From: Mobula hypostoma
Lineage: Eukaryota
Assembly: GCF_963921235.1 (NCBI RefSeq)
Contig: NC_086097.1
Span: 179,554,001 to 179,618,000 of the forward strand
Direction of reading: 5' to 3'
DNA length: 64,000 nt
Below are positions 12,166-24,244 of the stretch, in pieces. The translations under genes and the position numbers were made by a program. The notes under the pieces were generated by a model. It did no database searches, was not told the origin of the DNA, and saw only the letters and a program-made list of their open reading frames with translations. Positions within the stretch are counted from its first letter, which is position 1, and each line of letters opens with the position of its first letter.

Positions 12166-12735
12166 AGGTTGGGGTGTATGGGGTGTCAGGGAGGGGTAGC
12201 ACCTCTGGTGGGGGAACACGTCGTGTCCTTTTCAGGGCGGTTAATCCACCTTTGGTCCCCACCTGGCACTCAGCTCTCACCTGTGGCTCCCTGTAGCTGT
12301 TTGCATGCGACAGCGGCCACACCTCGGGCAACGGCTTCGAGAAGCCGGCTAAACCAGGTGAGGGTAGCCGACGGGTCTCAAACCCTCGGTGAGATAGGGA
12401 GTTGTCTATCTCAGCATGTGAAGACAGACTCCGGCAGATTGAGCGGATGAGACCAATGGAAGGTCCAACGATCAAGAAGGTGGTCTCTGCAAGCGTCGTG
12501 GAACGTGTAGAGCAGGACAAGACACAGAAGACGTCCTGGTCATCCACTGCGCCTAGTCCCATCTCCAGCCGTCTAGACTCTGTCTTGCCACTGGATCCAG
12601 ATGGGCATTGGGAAGAGAGAATGAGGCTGACGTTGCGCAACTCTCCCTCACTTAAATCCAAATCACGCGCCAGTCTCGACACCATTATAATGGTGTCGGG
12701 GTCCTCATCAACGTCAATGATGGACGAACAACAAC
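12166..12735 (+). mobile_element. 570-bp non-autonomous retroelement (RTE-type/SINE-like) with (AAC)n tail
   Basis: 10-bp target site duplication aggctgtggt at 12156-12165 and 12736-12745; terminal hairpin ctcgacaccat-tata-atggtgtcggg; ends gaacaacaac. Confidence 0.8.
12171..12365 (+). ncRNA. Candidate HDV-like self-cleaving ribozyme
   Basis: P1 GGGGTGT(12171-77)/ACACCTC(12319-25); P2 12273-83/12355-65; P3 GGC/GCC; P1.1 CC/GG; GGGCAAC-P4(cggctt/aagccg)-GCTAA with catalytic-C position 12349. Folded manually. Confidence 0.7.
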
Positions 12736-15139
12736 AGGCTGTGGTTGATGTGTGCCATAACCAATCTCTCAAAGCACTTCATAGCAATTGATGTCAGAGC
12801 CACAGGTCGATAGTCATTCAGGCATGCCACCTTGCTCTTCTTCGGCACTGGGATTATTATTGCCTTCTTAAAACACGAGGGGATCTTAGACTGAAGCGAG
12901 GAGCAGTTGAAAATGTCAGCAAACACTTCAGCTAGCTCGCTTGCACAGGCCTGGAGAACCCGTCCCGAGACGCCATCTGGGCCCATCGCCTTCCTTGGAT
13001 TTATCTTCAGGAAGGCCCTTCTGATGTCCTCCTCGGTGACGATGAATCTTGATGCCACCAGGTCCGGTTCATCCAGAGGGAGCAGGATGCTCCTCTTCTG
13101 TTCGAATCTTGCGTAGAATACGTTAAGTTCGTCAGGAAGAGAAGCGCCACAGTTATTGATATTCCCAGCCTTTTCTTTGCGCCCAGTGATTTCATTTAGA
13201 CCCTGCCATAGTCTACTGGCATCCCTCTGGTTAGCCTGGGCTTCCAACTTGGCTCAATATTGCCTCTTGGCACCCTTAATGGCTTTGCGGAGTTCATGCC
13301 TGGATTCCGTGTAGCAACTGGTATCCCCAGACCTAAAAGCCACAGCTCTAGCCTTTAAAAGGGACTTGACCTCATAATTCATCCAAGGTTTCTGGTTAGG
13401 GAATACCCGGATTGTCTTGCGAGACACACAGTACTCCGTGCATTTCCAAATAAAGTCCGTGACAGCTGAGGCATTTTCATTGAGGTTAGCTGCCAAGTCC
13501 TTGAATACCAACCAGTCCACCAATTCAAAGCAGTCACGGAAGACCTCATCCGTTTCCTCCGTCCAACGCGACACTACTTTTGACACCGTGACCTCCTGCT
13601 TCAGTTTCTGTTTGTAAGCCGGGAGGAGGAGTACGGCCTGATGGTCTGATTTTCTGAAGTGAGGTCGTGGGACGGAACGGTAGGCATCCTTGACTGCTGT
13701 GTAGCAGTGGTCAAGTATATTCGGGCCTCTAGTGGGGCAAGAGACATGTTGGTATAACTTTGGCAGCGCCTTTCCGGGGTTTGCCTGGTTAAACTCCCCG
13801 GCTGTAATGAGCAAAGCCTCCGGATACCTGGTCTCAAGTTCACTGATCTTGGCATACAGTATGTTCAGAGCACACTCCACGTCCGCCTGGGGTGGGGGGG
13901 AGATGTAGACCGCTGTCAGTATGACCGAGGTGAATTCCCGTGGCAGATAGTAGGGACGACACTTCACCGACAGGGGTTCCAGGTCCAGGCTGCAGGAGCT
14001 TGTCAGTGCCACTGTGTCCGAGCACCGCCCAGTGTTGATCAGTAGGCAGACACCACCTCCCCTCCTCTTGCCCGAAGACGCCGTGCAGTCCATCCGATGG
14101 ATCGAAAACCCCTCCGGTCGGATGGCACAGTCAAGGGTGGCAGGGGAGAGCCAGGTCTCGGTGAAACAGAATACACAGCAGTTCTGCATCTCCCTGCAGT
14201 AGGTGAGTCTCCCTTTAAGATCATCCCACCTTGTTCTCTATGGCTTGCACATTAGCTAGTACGATGGTGGGCATAGGGACCCTGAAGCCCCTCAGCTTCA
14301 ATCTGACCAGCAGCCCAGCTCTTTTCCCACGCTTCCTCAGTAAATAGTGCATCTTTCCAGGTTTCCATCGATGCAGTGTGTTGTTGTCAGCTCTGAGGTT
14401 GGTGGATGCATCCCGCGGGGATTGATTGGCGGGTCGCGTTGTCAGGAGCTCTGGGTCGGGCCGAGTGACGGGGGAGGCTCCGCTGCCACTTCCAGCTGCC
14501 AGGGGCCCAGGCTGTCGATTGGGTCGGGCCCCGAAGCTGACACTTAATCCCGGATGGCCGGGCTCCTGACTGAAACAAGTCCGTAAGCCGAGTCACGGTT
14601 GCGGAGGCCTCCGCTCCAGTCGAGCCGTGGAGGCGGTGGAGGCCTCACTTCTGGCAGCTGTGGATGGCCACCAACAGGGCTTTAGGGTGGTCGCTTCGGG
14701 GAAGCGTCTGGGACACCTTGAGGTCTTCTCCGTCACTTCTGTGTGGTCATCTGCTCCGGAGAGGTGCCGGTCGGAATGGGTCGTGTCTCCAAGCGCTCCG
14801 GCACGGTAGCAGACCACAGGTCTCTGGGAACATGGTGGGCCTCGCTGGTCGGGTCCAGGTGTGGTCTGGAGTTTAAGAAGCAATTCTGGCACGGTGGTTT
14901 CCAGCTGGGTCAGTAGCTTCGCCAGGGTGTTGTTGATCTTGCTAGATGTAGCAGATTGAAGGTTTAGAAGGGTTTCTCGGGTATAGGATAGTGGAGAGGG
15001 CAGTTTGCTCGGGAGAGCACGCACAAAGTCGCCAGTTACCGGCGCCATCTTAAACAAAAAAATTTTAAGATTTTGCATTGATTTATTATTGTCACCCAAG
15101 AAACAGTGAGAAGGTTTTGTTGGTGTGCCATCCAGGCAA

Positions 15140-15620
15140 ATCATGGAACATAGAACAATACGGCCCACGATATTGTATTGACCGATATAAACTAAAACAC
15201 TATGATCAATCTAACCAATCCCTCCTACACAGCCCATTACCCTCCATTTTTCTTACATCCATGTGCCTATGAGTTTCTTAAATGTCCCTAATTTATCAGC
15301 CTCTACCACCACCCCTAGTTATGCATTACATACACCCACCTCACCCCGCAAAAAAAACAACCTCTAACATCCCCAGTACTTCCCTCCTATCATCTCAAAA
15401 TTATGCCGTCTTGTATTAGTCATTGCTACCCTGGGAAAAAGGTGCTGGCTATCCATTCTACCTATGTGTCTTATAATCTTATACACCTCTATCAAGTCAC
15501 CTCTCTTCCTTCAGGACACCAGTAAGTTAGGGCTTTTTAAAGAAAAATGCTCTAGCTCACTAACCTTTCCTCATAAGATATTCTCTTCAATCCAGGCAGC
15601 ATCCTAGTAAATCATACCAT
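15140..15620 (-). mobile_element. CR1 3' fragment
   Basis: Reverse-complement CR1 tail (catagaacaatac...) and ORF2 C-terminal remnants. Confidence 0.65.
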
Positions 15621-16329
15621 ACATAATTACATGAAGATAATAAAAAGAGGAACAGAATGCAGGATATAGTGTTGGAGTTACAGAGAAAACGCAGAGCAGG
15701 TAGATAAAAAGAGTGTAAGAGCCAGGAAGAGGTAGATTGGGAGATCAAGAGTCCATCTTCTACCATACGAGAAGTATGTTCAAGAGTCTGAATTAGACAC
15801 TCTCTTCTCTCCAGCCAATTTTAGATGTACTCACTAGAAAATATATCTTTTATGAGAGCCTATTCCAGATGCCTGGTACAGTTGACTCCTCATACTCTAC
15901 AGATATGCCATTAAGTTTCCCTTTGCCCACTGTTGGCTGCATGAATAGAGGTTGCTCCCAAGCAACATGTTCTCAGCCCCAGGTGCCCTGAGGTTATGCT
16001 GGAGACCTGGCATGTGATGCTGTTCTGAGCGATGGCAGAATCAGACAGCTGCGATATCTGGGTTCTTCAATGTGTGTCAATCTATCATTGTCATTATCTT
16101 TCTTCCGATGCTCTAATGAATGTTACAAAGGTTTGGGGTTACAAAGAAGTAGTGGATGGCTGAATCAAAGGTGTATTAAGGCAACAGTATGGGTATACAT
16201 TTGAGATACTGTAAACCTTATTATATTTCTCTGCAAAAGCTGGAACTTTCCCAAAACAGACTTGGGATTTTGTAATATACATATTTTAAGGAAACTACAA
16301 AACTTGCTACAAAAGATGGATTAGCTTTA

Positions 16330-17460
16330 TTTGTCACACGTACATTTGTGAGCAGTTTTGGCCCCTTATCTGCTGGCATTTGAAAAGATACAGAGGAGAT
16401 GATTGAGAATAAGTATGGGAATGAAAGGGTGAATGAATGTATGAGGAGCATTTGATGGCTCCGAGCCTGTACTCACTGGAGTTTAGAAGAATGGGGGAGG
16501 GGGGCGGATCTCATTGAAATCTTTCAAATATTGAAAAGCCTAGAGTGGACATGGAGAGGATGTTTTCTATCATGGAGGAGTCTAGGACCAGAAGGCACAG
16601 CATCAAAATACAAGGAAATCGCTTAAGAACAAAAATGAAGATAAATTTCTTTAGCCAGAAAGTGGTGAATCCGTAGAATTCAGTGCCTCACATTAATGAT
16701 GGCTGTGGAGGCCAAATCATTGAGTTTATTTGAAGTGGAGGTTGATAGGTCCTTGATTAGTAAGGGGAGAAGGCAGGAGAAAGGGGTTGAGAGGGATAAT
16801 AAATCAGCTATGATGGAATGGCATAGACAACTCGATGAACTGAATGGCCTAATTCTGCTCATAGGTCGAAATGTACAGTGAGGTACATTGTTTGCATCAA
16901 AATAAATGAGTGAGGATTGTGCAAGGATTATAATTGCCTGCAAGTATTAATTAAACATATAAAAGCAGCATAGTTAGAATGAGCATATGAAAAAATGATA
17001 TTCAAATTGAAAGGCTGAAAGAGAAAATATTTGTGAATCACTACTTGTTTCATTCATTGAATTAGTCATTCATTAATTGTGGGAAAGCTGAGAGAAGATA
17101 ATTACTGAGAATCATTTTTTTCTCAAAAATAATATAAGATCAGCCATTCTAATGTGGATGAAGAGTCCACAATGAGATGCAAAGACAAGGGCATACACTC
17201 AGAATAAAACACTCAAAGATGAAAAGGAATTTCTTTAGTCAGAGAGTATTGAATCTGGAATTCATTGCCTCAGCTGTGGAGGCCAAGTCATTGGGTGTAT
17301 TTAAAGCAGAGTTTCATAGGTTCTTGATTAGTAAGATTTCAAAGGTTATGGGGAGAAGGCAGAGGTAAAGGACTGAGAGGGAAAAATAAATCAGCCATGA
17401 TCAAATAGTAGAGCCCACTGGATGGACCAAATTTTCCAATTCTGGTCCTGTGTCATTGGA
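16330..17460 (+). mobile_element. Two CR1 3' fragments (16330-16870, 17170-17460)
   Basis: NFFSQRV / VEAKSLGVFK motifs and CR1 tail. Confidence 0.75.
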
Positions 17461-17655
17461 TTATCTTTTTTTACGTAGTACTCTTAGTGTGCTCCACATG
17501 AGTTTTGATAAATGTTAACGTACCTTCGCTACTTTTCAGTTCTATTTCACTATAAATAAATCCTACTACTAGGCTTGTATTTTTAAGGTCCTATTAACTA
17601 CGGTGGGAAGTCATAGGAAGTCATTCCTGCCTGTGGCCATCAAACTTTACAACTC

Positions 17656-18633
17656 ATCAAAGTTGCTGGTGAACGCAGCAGGTCAGGCAGCATCTGTAGG
17701 AAGAGGTGCAGTCGACGTTTCAGGCTGAGACCTTTCGTCAGGACTAACTGAAGGAAGAGTGAGTAAGGGATTTGAAAGCTGGAGGGGGAGGGGGAGATGC
17801 AAAATGATAGGAGAAGACAGGAGGGGGAGGGATAAAGCCAAGAGCTGGACAGGTGATAGGCAAAGGGGATACGAGAGGATCATGGGACAGGAGGTCCGGG
17901 AAGAAAGACAAGGGGGGGGGACCCAGAGGATGGGCAAGAGGTATATTCAGAGGGACAGAGGGAGAAAAAGGAGAGTGAGAGAAAGAATGTGTGCATGTGT
18001 GCAATCATTCTCTGGCGGACAGAGCGTAATCTCCCAGTGGCCACGCATTTTAATTCCACATCCCATTCCCATTCTGACATGTCTATCCACGGCCTCCTCT
18101 ACTGTAAAGATGAAGCCACACTCAGGTTGGAGGAACAACACCTTATATTCCGTCTGGGTAGCCTCCAACCTGATGGCATGAACATCGACTTTTCTAACTT
18201 CCGCTAAGGCCCCACCTCCCCCTCGTACCCCATCTGTTACTTATTTTTATGCACACATTCTTTCTCTCACTCTCCTTTTTCTCCCTCTGTCCCTCTGAAT
18301 ATACCTCTTGCCCATCCTCTGGGTCCCCCCCCTTGTCTTTCTTCCCGGACCTCCTGTCCCACGATCCTCTCGTATCCCCTTTTGCCTATCACCCGTCCAG
18401 CTCTCGGCTCTATCCCTCCCCGTCCTGTCTTCTCCTATCATTTTGGATCTCCCCCTCCCCCTCCAACTTTCAAATCCCTTACTCACTCTTCCCTCAGTTA
18501 GTCCTGACGAAGGGTCTCGGCCTGAAATGTCAACTGCACCTCTTCCTACAGATGCTGCCTGGCCTGCTGCGTTCACCAGCAACTTTGATGTGTGTTGCTT
18601 GAATTTCCAGCATCTGCAGAATTCCTGTTGTTT
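17656..18633 (+). mobile_element. Penelope-like element, 5'-truncated with inverted terminal duplication
   Basis: GIY-YIG C-terminal peptide PVATHFN...RLEEQHLIFRLGSLQPDGMN (17989..18207). 17656-17996 is the reverse complement of ~18248-18589. 14-bp TSD aaactttacaactc at 17642-17655 and 18634-18647. Inserted in a Rex1-like 3' end that finishes with (atgact)n at ~18820. Confidence 0.85.
17710..17745 (-). ncRNA. Minimal type-I hammerhead ribozyme motif in Penelope terminal repeat
   Basis: Minus strand agtc-CTGACGA-aaggtctcagcct-GAAA-cg-TC-gact: intact core, stem I agtc/gact, palindromic ACGT stem III. Confidence 0.7.
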
Positions 18634-19294
18634 AAACTTTACAACTCCTCCCTTGGAGGGTCAGACACCCTGAGCCAATAGGCTGGTCCTGGACTTATTT
18701 CCTGGCATAATTTACATATTACTATTTAATTATCTATGATTTTATTACTATTTAATTATTTATGGTGCAACTGTAACAAAAACCAATTTCCTCCAGGATC
18801 AATAAAGTATGACTATGACTAACCTTTGCCACAATTTTTCATAAAAACGGAACTTGCTGGTAAAACTCTGTAAATCATGCAACATCCTGATCAGATGTTA
18901 TGTGTCCTGTTGAGTTCTTCCAGCATTTTCTGTTTTTATTCCAGATTTCCAGCATCTATAGGTTCTTTTGATTTTCTGCAACTTGTAGGAATTGGTGTAT
19001 CAGAATCCCTTTGTTTCTCTACCCTACCCAGGACTCCACAGTTTTCCTTCATATAGTGCCATCCACAAACTTAGAAATGCTTGATTCCAGAGTCTGAATC
19101 ATAAATGTAAACTTTGAACAGTCGTGGCCCCAGTACCGATCCATATGAAATACCACTGATACCTTCCTTCATTGCTAATAACTCCTTTTTTCCCCGCTTT
19201 GCTTTTTGACCAGTAACTAGTGAATGGCAAATTCTAGTACTGTACTTGTCCTTTGCCTCCACTGTCGATGGCTATTTTCATGATCCTACTTTGG

Positions 19295-19560
19295 AAGCAC
19301 CAAGGTAGCACAGCAGTTAGCACAATGGTACTGTATCACACCTCAGGGCGTTCTGGAGTTTGGAGTTCAATTCCAGTGCCATTCTGTATGTCCTCACTGT
19401 GGATTTTCTCTGGGTCCTCCGTTTCCTCCCACAATCCAAAGATGTACCAGGTAGGTTAATTAGTCATTGTAAATTGCCCTGTGATTAGATTAGGGTTAAT
19501 CAGGTTTGTAGGGGGTTGCTGGGGCAACGTAGCTCGTAGGTCTGGAAAGGCCTACTCCAT
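19295..19560 (+). mobile_element. tRNA-derived V-SINE (HE1-like)
   Basis: A/B-box-like head (ggagttcaattcc) followed by V-domain-like gtttcctcccacaatccaaagatgtac...attgtaaattgccc. Confidence 0.65.
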
Positions 19561-20035
19561 GTCATATCATAGTTATAGAAAAGTACAGCACAGAAACAAG
19601 GGATGCTTTAATTGTAACTCACCAAAATTCCCTGGATTCTGGAGTTAGTCCTAGAGAAGTACAGGACAGAGACAGGCCCATTGGCACATCTAGTCCATGC
19701 TGAAACCACTTAAACTGCCTACTCCCATTGACCTGCACTGGAACCATAGCCCTCCATACCTCTACCATCAATGTACCTGTCCATACTTCTCTTAAATGCT
19801 GAAATCAAGTTTGCATGCACCACTTGTGCTGGAAGCTCATTCCACACTCTGAGTGAAGAAATTTCCCCTCATGTTCCCCTTACCTTTCACCATTAACCTA
19901 TGACCTCTAGTTGTAGCCCCACCCAACCTCAGTGGAAAAAACCTGCTTATCCCTATCTATACCCCTCATAATCTATCAAATCTCCTCTCAATCTTCTATG
20001 TTCCAAGGAATAAAGTTCTCGCCTATTCAATCTTA

Positions 20036-23000
20036 CATAAGAAGTAGCAGAAGTAGGCCATCTGGCCCGTCAAGCTGCTCTGCTATTCAATAAGATCATG
20101 GCTGATCTGGCCATGGACTCCACCTACCTGCCTTTTCCCCATAACTTTTAATTCCCCTACTATGCAAAAATCTATCTAACCTTGTCTTAAATACATTTAC
20201 TGAGGTAACCTCCACTGTTTCATTGTGCAAAGAATTCCACAGATTCACCACTCTCTGGGAAAAGCAGTTCGTCCTCATCACCATCCTAAATCTACTCCCC
20301 TGGATCTTGAGGCTATGTCCCTTAATTCTAGTCTCACCTACCAGTGGAAACAACTTTCCTGCCTCTATCTTATCTATCCCTTTCATAATTTTATATGTTC
20401 CTGGAAGACCTCCTCTCATTCTTCTAAATCCAGCGAGTAGTCCCAGGTAACTCAATCTCTCCTCGTAGTCTAAACCCCCTCATCTCTGGAATCAACCTGG
20501 TGAACCTCTTCTGCACAGCCTCCAAAGCCAGTATATCCTTCCTTAAGTAAGGAGACCAGAACTGCACACAGTACTCCAGCTGAGGCCTCACCAGTACCCT
20601 GTACAGTTGTAGCATTACCTCCCCGCTCTTAAATTCAATCCCTCTAGCAATGAAGGCCAACATTCCTTTTGCCTTCTTGATAGCTTGCTGTACCTGCAAA
20701 CCAACCTTTTGTGATACATGCACAAACACTCCTAAGTCCTTCTGCATAGCAGCATGCTGCAATTTTTTTTAACCATTTAACTAATAATCAGCTCTTTCAT
20801 TTTTCCTTCCAAAGTGGATGACCTTGCATTTACCAGTATTGTACTCCATCTGCCAGACCCTTGCCCACTCACCTATCTATATTTCTCTGCAGACTCTCCA
20901 TATCTTCTGCACAATTTACTTTTCCACTCATCTTAGTATCATCAGCAAACTTCGATACACTACCCTTGGTCCCCTCTTCCAGATCATTAATGTATATCGT
21001 GAACAGTTGTGGGCCCAGCACCAACCCCTGCGGTACACCACTCACTACTGATTGCAAACCAGAGTAACACCCATGTATCCCAACTCTTTGCTCTCTATGA
21101 GTTAACCAATCCTCTATCCATGCTAATACATTACCCCCAACTCTATGCATCCTAACCTTAAGGATATGTCTTTTATGCAGCACCTTGTCAAACACCTTCT
21201 GGAGATCCAAGTAAATAAAGTCCATCTGTTCCTCTCTATCCACTGTGTTCATTAAATCCTCAAAGAACTCCAGTAAGTTTGTCAAACAGGACCGGCCTTT
21301 GCTGAGTCCATGCTGCATCTGTCTGATGGATCCATTTCTTTCCACATGCCACACTATTTCTTTATTTAATGATAGCTTCAAGCATTTTCTCAACTACAGA
21401 TGTTAAACTAACTGGCCTATAGTTACCTGCCTTTTGCCTGCATCCTTTTTTGAACAGTGGCGTGACATTCACCGTCTTCCAATCTGCTGGGACCTACCCA
21501 GAGTCCACAGAACTTTGATAAGTTATATCACCAAAGCCTCTACTATAACTCCTGCCTTTTCTTTCAATACCCTGGGATGCATTCCATCAGGACCAGGGGA
21601 CTTGTCTATCTTCAGGCCCACAAGTTTGCTCAGCTCTACCTCTTTAGTGATAGCTATTGTATCGAGGTCCTCACCTCCCATCACATCCACAGCATCTCTG
21701 TTTGGCATGTCAGACGTGTCCTCCACCATGAAGACTGACACAAAATAGTCATTCAAAGCCTCTGCCATTTCCTCATTACCCAATATCAATTCCCCCTTCT
21801 CATCCTCCAAGAGGCTTATGTTCACTGTTTTATGTAATTATAAAAACTTTTACTATCTATTTTTATATTTTGTGCTAGTTTATTTTCATAATCTAGTTTC
21901 CCTTTCTTCATTGCTCACTTAGTGGTTCTTTGTTGCTTTTTAAAGTTTTCCCTGTTTTCCAGTTTCCCACTACATTTGGCTACTTTGTATGCACAAGCTT
22001 TTAGTTTGATGCCTTCTTTTATTTCCTTAGTTATCCAAGACTGGCCCTCCCCACCTATACTGTCCTTGCTTTTAACTGGAATATACTTTTATTGAGCACC
22101 GTGAAAAATCTCTTTGAAAGCCTTCAACTGTCCCACCATATAGTCTGTGTTGCCAGTCTACACTAGCTAAACCCTCCCTCATCCTATTGTAGCCTCCATT
22201 GTTTAGCCATAATACACTGGTTTTCGATCGAACTATTGCACCCTCCATTTGTATGAGAAATTCAACCATGCTGTGATCATTCTTTCCAAGAGGATCCCTA
22301 ACTACAAGATCACTAATTTTATCTGTCTCATTGCACAGGACCAGATCTAAGATAGCACATTCCCTTGTAGGTTCAGTAACATGCTGTTCAAGAAAGCCAT
22401 CACGGAACCATTCTATGAAGTACACTTCAAGACTGCTTTGACCAACTTGATGTGCAAGTTAAGGTCCCCCATGATAACTGCAGTTCCATTCTTACATGTC
22501 TCAGATATTTCTCTTGTTATTATTCAGTGGGCAATAGACAACTCCCACCGGTGATTTTTTTTTTCCCTTTACTATTCCTAATCTCTACCCAGACGGATTC
22601 AATATTCTGCTCCTGAGATCTTATATCGTCTCTCACTATCGCCCTGAGCTCATCTTTAATTAGGAGTGCTACCCCACCTCTCTTACCTTCCTGCCTATTC
22701 TTCCATATAACCCGTTATCCTCAGATATTTAATTCCCCAATCCTGTCCACCCTGCAACCACATCTCTGTAATGGCCATTAAATCATACCCTTCGTACTGA
22801 TTTGTGCCACAAGTTCACTGACCTTGTTTCAAATACTGCGGGCATTCAAATAAAGTGCCCTTACAATCATTCTGCTTTTAAAATCTTGCAATCTTTTACT
22901 CTTTTACACTTGATTTTTCTTCACTCCACTCTTACTTTTCTCTTTTTTATCTTTTGCTTTTTCTTTATCTTCATCCACACTTTTCTTTTTTACTTTACTT

Positions 23001-24235
23001 CTCCAATCTGTTGAACCCACCCCCCTACTATTTAATTTAAAGCCCTATCCACAACCCCAGTTATGTGATTCATTAGGATCCAGGTCCTGTCACGGTTCAG
23101 GTGCAGCCTGTCCAATTGGTACAGCCCCCTCCTTCCCCAATACTGGTGCCAATTTCCCATGAATTCAAACCCACTTCTCCCACACCAATCCTTAAACCAG
23201 GCATTTAACTCTCTAATCTTCTTGACCCTATGCCAATTTGCATGTGGCTCAGGTAGTAATCCAGAGATTACCACCTTTTTGGTTCTGCTTTTTAATTTTG
23301 TCCCTAGCTGCTCAAATTCCCTTCGCAGAACCTCCTTCCTCGTTCTACCTATGTTGTTGATACCCATGTGGACCTTGACAACTGGATCTTTCCCCTCCCA
23401 CTGCAAATTCCTCTGCACGTCAGATAAGATGTCCCGAACCTGGGCACCAGGCAGGCAACACAGCCTTCGGGATGCTTTATTCTTGTGACAGAGAACTCTG
23501 TCTATTCCCCTGATTATACCATCTCCAATTACGACTACATTTCTCTTCTCTCCCCTCTCTTGAATGACTCCCTGAACTATGACGCCACAGGTAGGTTGCT
23601 CATCCTTCCTACAGGCCACACTCTCATCCACACAGGAAGCAAGAATCTCAGACCTGTTGGACAAGCTCAAGGGCTGGGGCTCCTCCAACACTGTCTCTTG
23701 GATCCCATTACCTGCCTCTCTCATAGACACACCCTCCTGCCCCTGACCACAGACTAAATTTGAGGCAGCTAATCTAATGGGTGTGACTTCCTCCTGAAAC
23801 AGAGAATCCAAGTAACTCTCTCCCTCCCTGATGTGCGGCAGTGTTTGAAGCTCAGATTCCAGGTCATCAACTTTGAGCCTGAGTTCTTCCAGCAACTAAC
23901 GCTTGCTGCAGATGTGGTCACCAGGAATCACAATGGGGTCCACCAGCTCCCACATCATGCAGCTACAGTACATCACCTGATCCTGCAGCATCCCTTTATT
24001 TAATTAGCTGTAATTTAGTGACTTTTTATTCAACCACTACAAAAGCCTTACCTGCTACTTACCTGTGCCTCCTAGCTGAAGCCTCTTGAGCCAAAGCTTC
24101 AAGTTCCCGTTCCTACACCAGTCCACTCATACAATGGCCACTCTGCTTTGACCCTGCTTTACTTTTATTTGCTCCTGCTAATGAATCGCGAATCGATTGG
24201 TCCACTGCTAATGTGCTGAACCCTGTGAAATGCTC
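20036..24235 (-). mobile_element. Near full-length decayed CR1 LINE (ORF1 with SGNH/esterase domain, ORF2 EN+RT)
   Basis: ORF1 23032..23895 (VVIGDGIIR, CLPGA, DRLHLN); EN remnant 22072..22425; RT fragments 20096-21830 (GVPQG, KFADDTK). Nested in an older CR1 (19660-20035 and 24245-25320). Confidence 0.9.
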
Positions 24236-24244
24236 CTTTTTTAT

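Larger units (their letters stand above)
10845..15050 (-). mobile_element. Near full-length Rex1/Babar-like LINE (APE endonuclease + RT), interrupted by a 570-bp insertion
   Basis: EN motifs FTETWL, GGGVC, SDH (13254..14189); RT motifs [35 protein letters not shown] (12714..13247, 11357..12160). Starts aagatggcgcc at ~15050 and ends at AATAAA ~10850. Frameshifts and stops are present. Confidence 0.9.

Noticed and set aside
11357..12772. 471-aa ORF suggesting an RT with a novel N-terminal domain
   Set aside because: Chimera: the antisense strand of the 570-bp insert happens to read into the Rex1 RT; the true RT N-terminal half is in 12714..13247.
23032..23895. Stand-alone SGNH esterase gene
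   Set aside because: It is CR1 ORF1, directly upstream of CR1 ORF2 remnants.
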